Source: the human T2T-CHM13v2.0 reference genome, Homo sapiens. Taken from it: 64,000 nucleotides of DNA. The stretch lies in assembly GCF_009914755.1 (NCBI RefSeq), contig NC_060937.1; one strand, written 5' to 3'. The notes under the pieces were generated by a model. It was not told the origin of the DNA, did not search any database, and saw only the letters and a program-made list of their open reading frames with translations. Shown piece by piece: positions 61,991-64,000 of this stretch. Both the position numbers and the translations under genes were made by a program. How positions within the stretch are numbered: the stretch's first letter is position 1; each line of letters starts with the position of its first letter.

Positions 61991-63206
61991 TCAAGGTCAA
62001 CACTTTTCTCTTTTTAGACTTAGGTTTTGATATAAAGAAGTTTCATAAAAATGACTTGGGCAGCTATCATCTGTTTAAAAGGTCTGACTTTGTTGAAATA
62101 ATTTGGGCTTTCCTGTTCTTTGAGTTTTGATAAAACAACTGTAAAACCATCTGCCTTTTTAAAAAAAATTGAGATTGATGTATACTTTCTGTTATTACTA
62201 TTTTTTTACATTCTGTCTCCCAGGCTGGAACACAGTTGCTCGTAGCTCATTGCAGCCTCAAATTACCTTGCCTTTGTAACAGTAGGTCCTCAGTCACCTT
62301 TCTCATCTACAGATGTTGGTTTACTTAAGCTTTCTAATTACTTGGAGGTCAGCTTAGCTCAGTGGTTAGCACAAGTTGCTAATAAATGCTCGAGTATGAG
62401 GGTGCAAAGAAAGGGGTAGGGAGGTGCAAGACTCTTGGCTTCAAATGCCCAGTCCCCTACTCATCTGCTCAGGCCCCTGTCTAGCCTCTGTATCTAAGCC
62501 AAACTACACACCTCCTCCCCTGAGAAGCCCTCTTGGATTTCTCCTGTCCCGTCTTCCCTGCTCTATCCTCGGGTGAGTGGATCCACCCATCTGCCTCTGT
62601 GCTGGGCAGATGCCACTGCTCTCTGCTTTCTGGCTGGACGAGGCAAGGGGGCAGTTGTGTGTGTAGAAGTCCCCGTAAACCTTGGCCTTTGCCTCATGCC
62701 TGGCACATTCAACCTTTGCTGACACCTCCACAGAAATACCAACCTCACCAACATCTGCAGAATGGGCCACCAGGGTCTGTCTGGAGCTTGGGTGGGATTT
62801 TCACTTGACTACAAATACACACACATACAACCTAAGCTTCCAGGTCTGCATTCTTGGCTGACTCTTCACACTTGAGTCCAAGACAGGTCAATGGTTAGTG
62901 GTTGGATTTGCAAGCATGTGTGTTTTTGGGCAGGATATCAGCTGGGGCAGTCTGAGAGGAAGCTGTCAAGGGAAGCTAAAGAGGAGGGAGTCAGTCACGT
63001 CTCTCTTCACCTGTTGCACTCTCTAAATTTTACTGTCCACTCCTAGGCCTGATCTAGAGGGCTGTGTAGTCTAGGGGAGACAAAGTTGGATGTATCTACT
63101 GCCAGCCCCATGGGGTCAGAACTACAGGGGAAGGATGGGGACTGTGGGATTCCAGAGGAACAACAGGGAGGGCTTCTTGGAGGAATGCTTGTTCTTGAGC
63201 TGAGTT

Positions 63207-63469
63207 TTTTTTCTCTGTAGTTCAGTCTGAAATGCAGTGGCACAATCACTGCTCACTGCAGCCTTGACCTTCCGTGCTCAATTGATCCTCCTACTTCAGG
63301 GTGGGACTACAGGCACATGCCACCACACACAGCTAATTTTTGTATTTTTTGTAGAGATGGGGTTACATCAGGTTGTTCAGGCTGGTCTCAAACTCCTGGG
63401 TTCAAGTAATCCTCCTGTCTTGGCCTCTCAGAGTGCTGGAATTGCAGGCATGAACCACCTCATCTGACC
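63207..63469 (-). mobile_element. AluJ (AluJb-like) with TSD, inserted in an antisense L2 fragment
   Basis: gctcactgcagccttgacct...aactcctgggttcaagtaatcctcc J-type diagnostics; 11-bp TSD tgagctgagtt at 63196-63206 and 63470-63480. Confidence 0.85.
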
Positions 63470-64000
63470 TGAGCTGAGTTCTGAAGTGTGAATAGGAGTT
63501 GGCTAGGTGAAGAAGGGAAAAAAGGACCTTCTAGACAGAAATATTTGTCAAAGATAGAGAGAAGTAGGCAGGAGCTGATTAGGGCAAGGTGTTTGAATGT
63601 CAGGCTGGATGCAGAAATTTTCTCACAAGGCCAATGTGGAACCATGGAGAATGTGTGAGCAAGGGAGGCCATGATTAGAGCTTGATCTCTCAGGGGCAGA
63701 GTGGGGGACAGCTTGGTTCTTCGGTGATGGGATCAGGAGAGTTCCGGTGTCATGGGGTGTCAGGAGAGTTAAGCCCTGCATCAACTCATCTGCACCTGTC
63801 ACCTTGCACCAGAATTGGTGGGGGACCTCCTGATGTTCTGGAGGGCCAAATAAGCCATGGGATCCAGTGACTTACAGTGTGAGGTACAGACCAGCACAGA
63901 GAGGGTACCGCCCCAGGCTCTGCTCAGATGGACACAGCCCTGACCTCATCTCCAGCCTCCTGCCATCTCCACCCCAGCCCTGATAGTCCTGCTTTCCATG

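Noticed and set aside
62347-62388. tRNA-Ile(AAT)-like 5' half (ggtcagcttagctcagtggttagcacaagttgctaataa)
   Set aside because: There is no T-arm/B box or acceptor stem pairing, and it fits a decayed MIR/L2 3' end equally well.

Overview
Primate, most likely human, heterochromatin-to-segmental-duplication transition with no intact protein-coding gene. From left to right: (CATTC/CACTC)n HSat3-type satellite punctuated by 24 short Alu 3'-end fragments (1-7863); a 68-bp beta-satellite array (7861-11575); an inverted D4Z4/pLAM-like fragment resembling DUX4 intron 2/exon 3 but with no DUX4 ORF (about 11490-11996); a 42-bp AT-rich HSat1A (SAR) array (about 12004-24200); and nine 1.9-2.8 kb HSat1B/DYZ2-type composite units, each AT-rich spacer + Alu + HSATI core (24201-43665). 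The rest is interspersed-repeat-rich DNA with an EIF3F processed pseudogene (47915-48971), a nested Tigger3/Tigger2a/MER1B/Alu cluster, tandem old L1 3' ends and a CpG island (about 59620-61230). This combination suggests an acrocentric short arm or related pericentromere (inference). The most notable observations are: (i) a pLAM paralog with GTCACA where 4qA has the DUX4 ATTAAA poly(A) signal; (ii) a polarised HSat1B array whose last unit runs straight into single-copy-looking DNA and whose core has exon-like splice signals in the same orientation as splice donors in the CpG island, so the satellite may have amplified from a lncRNA exon; (iii) HSat3 pentamers that sit exactly where Alu A-tails would be. 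Repeat-family names come from recalled consensus sequences, not from a search.
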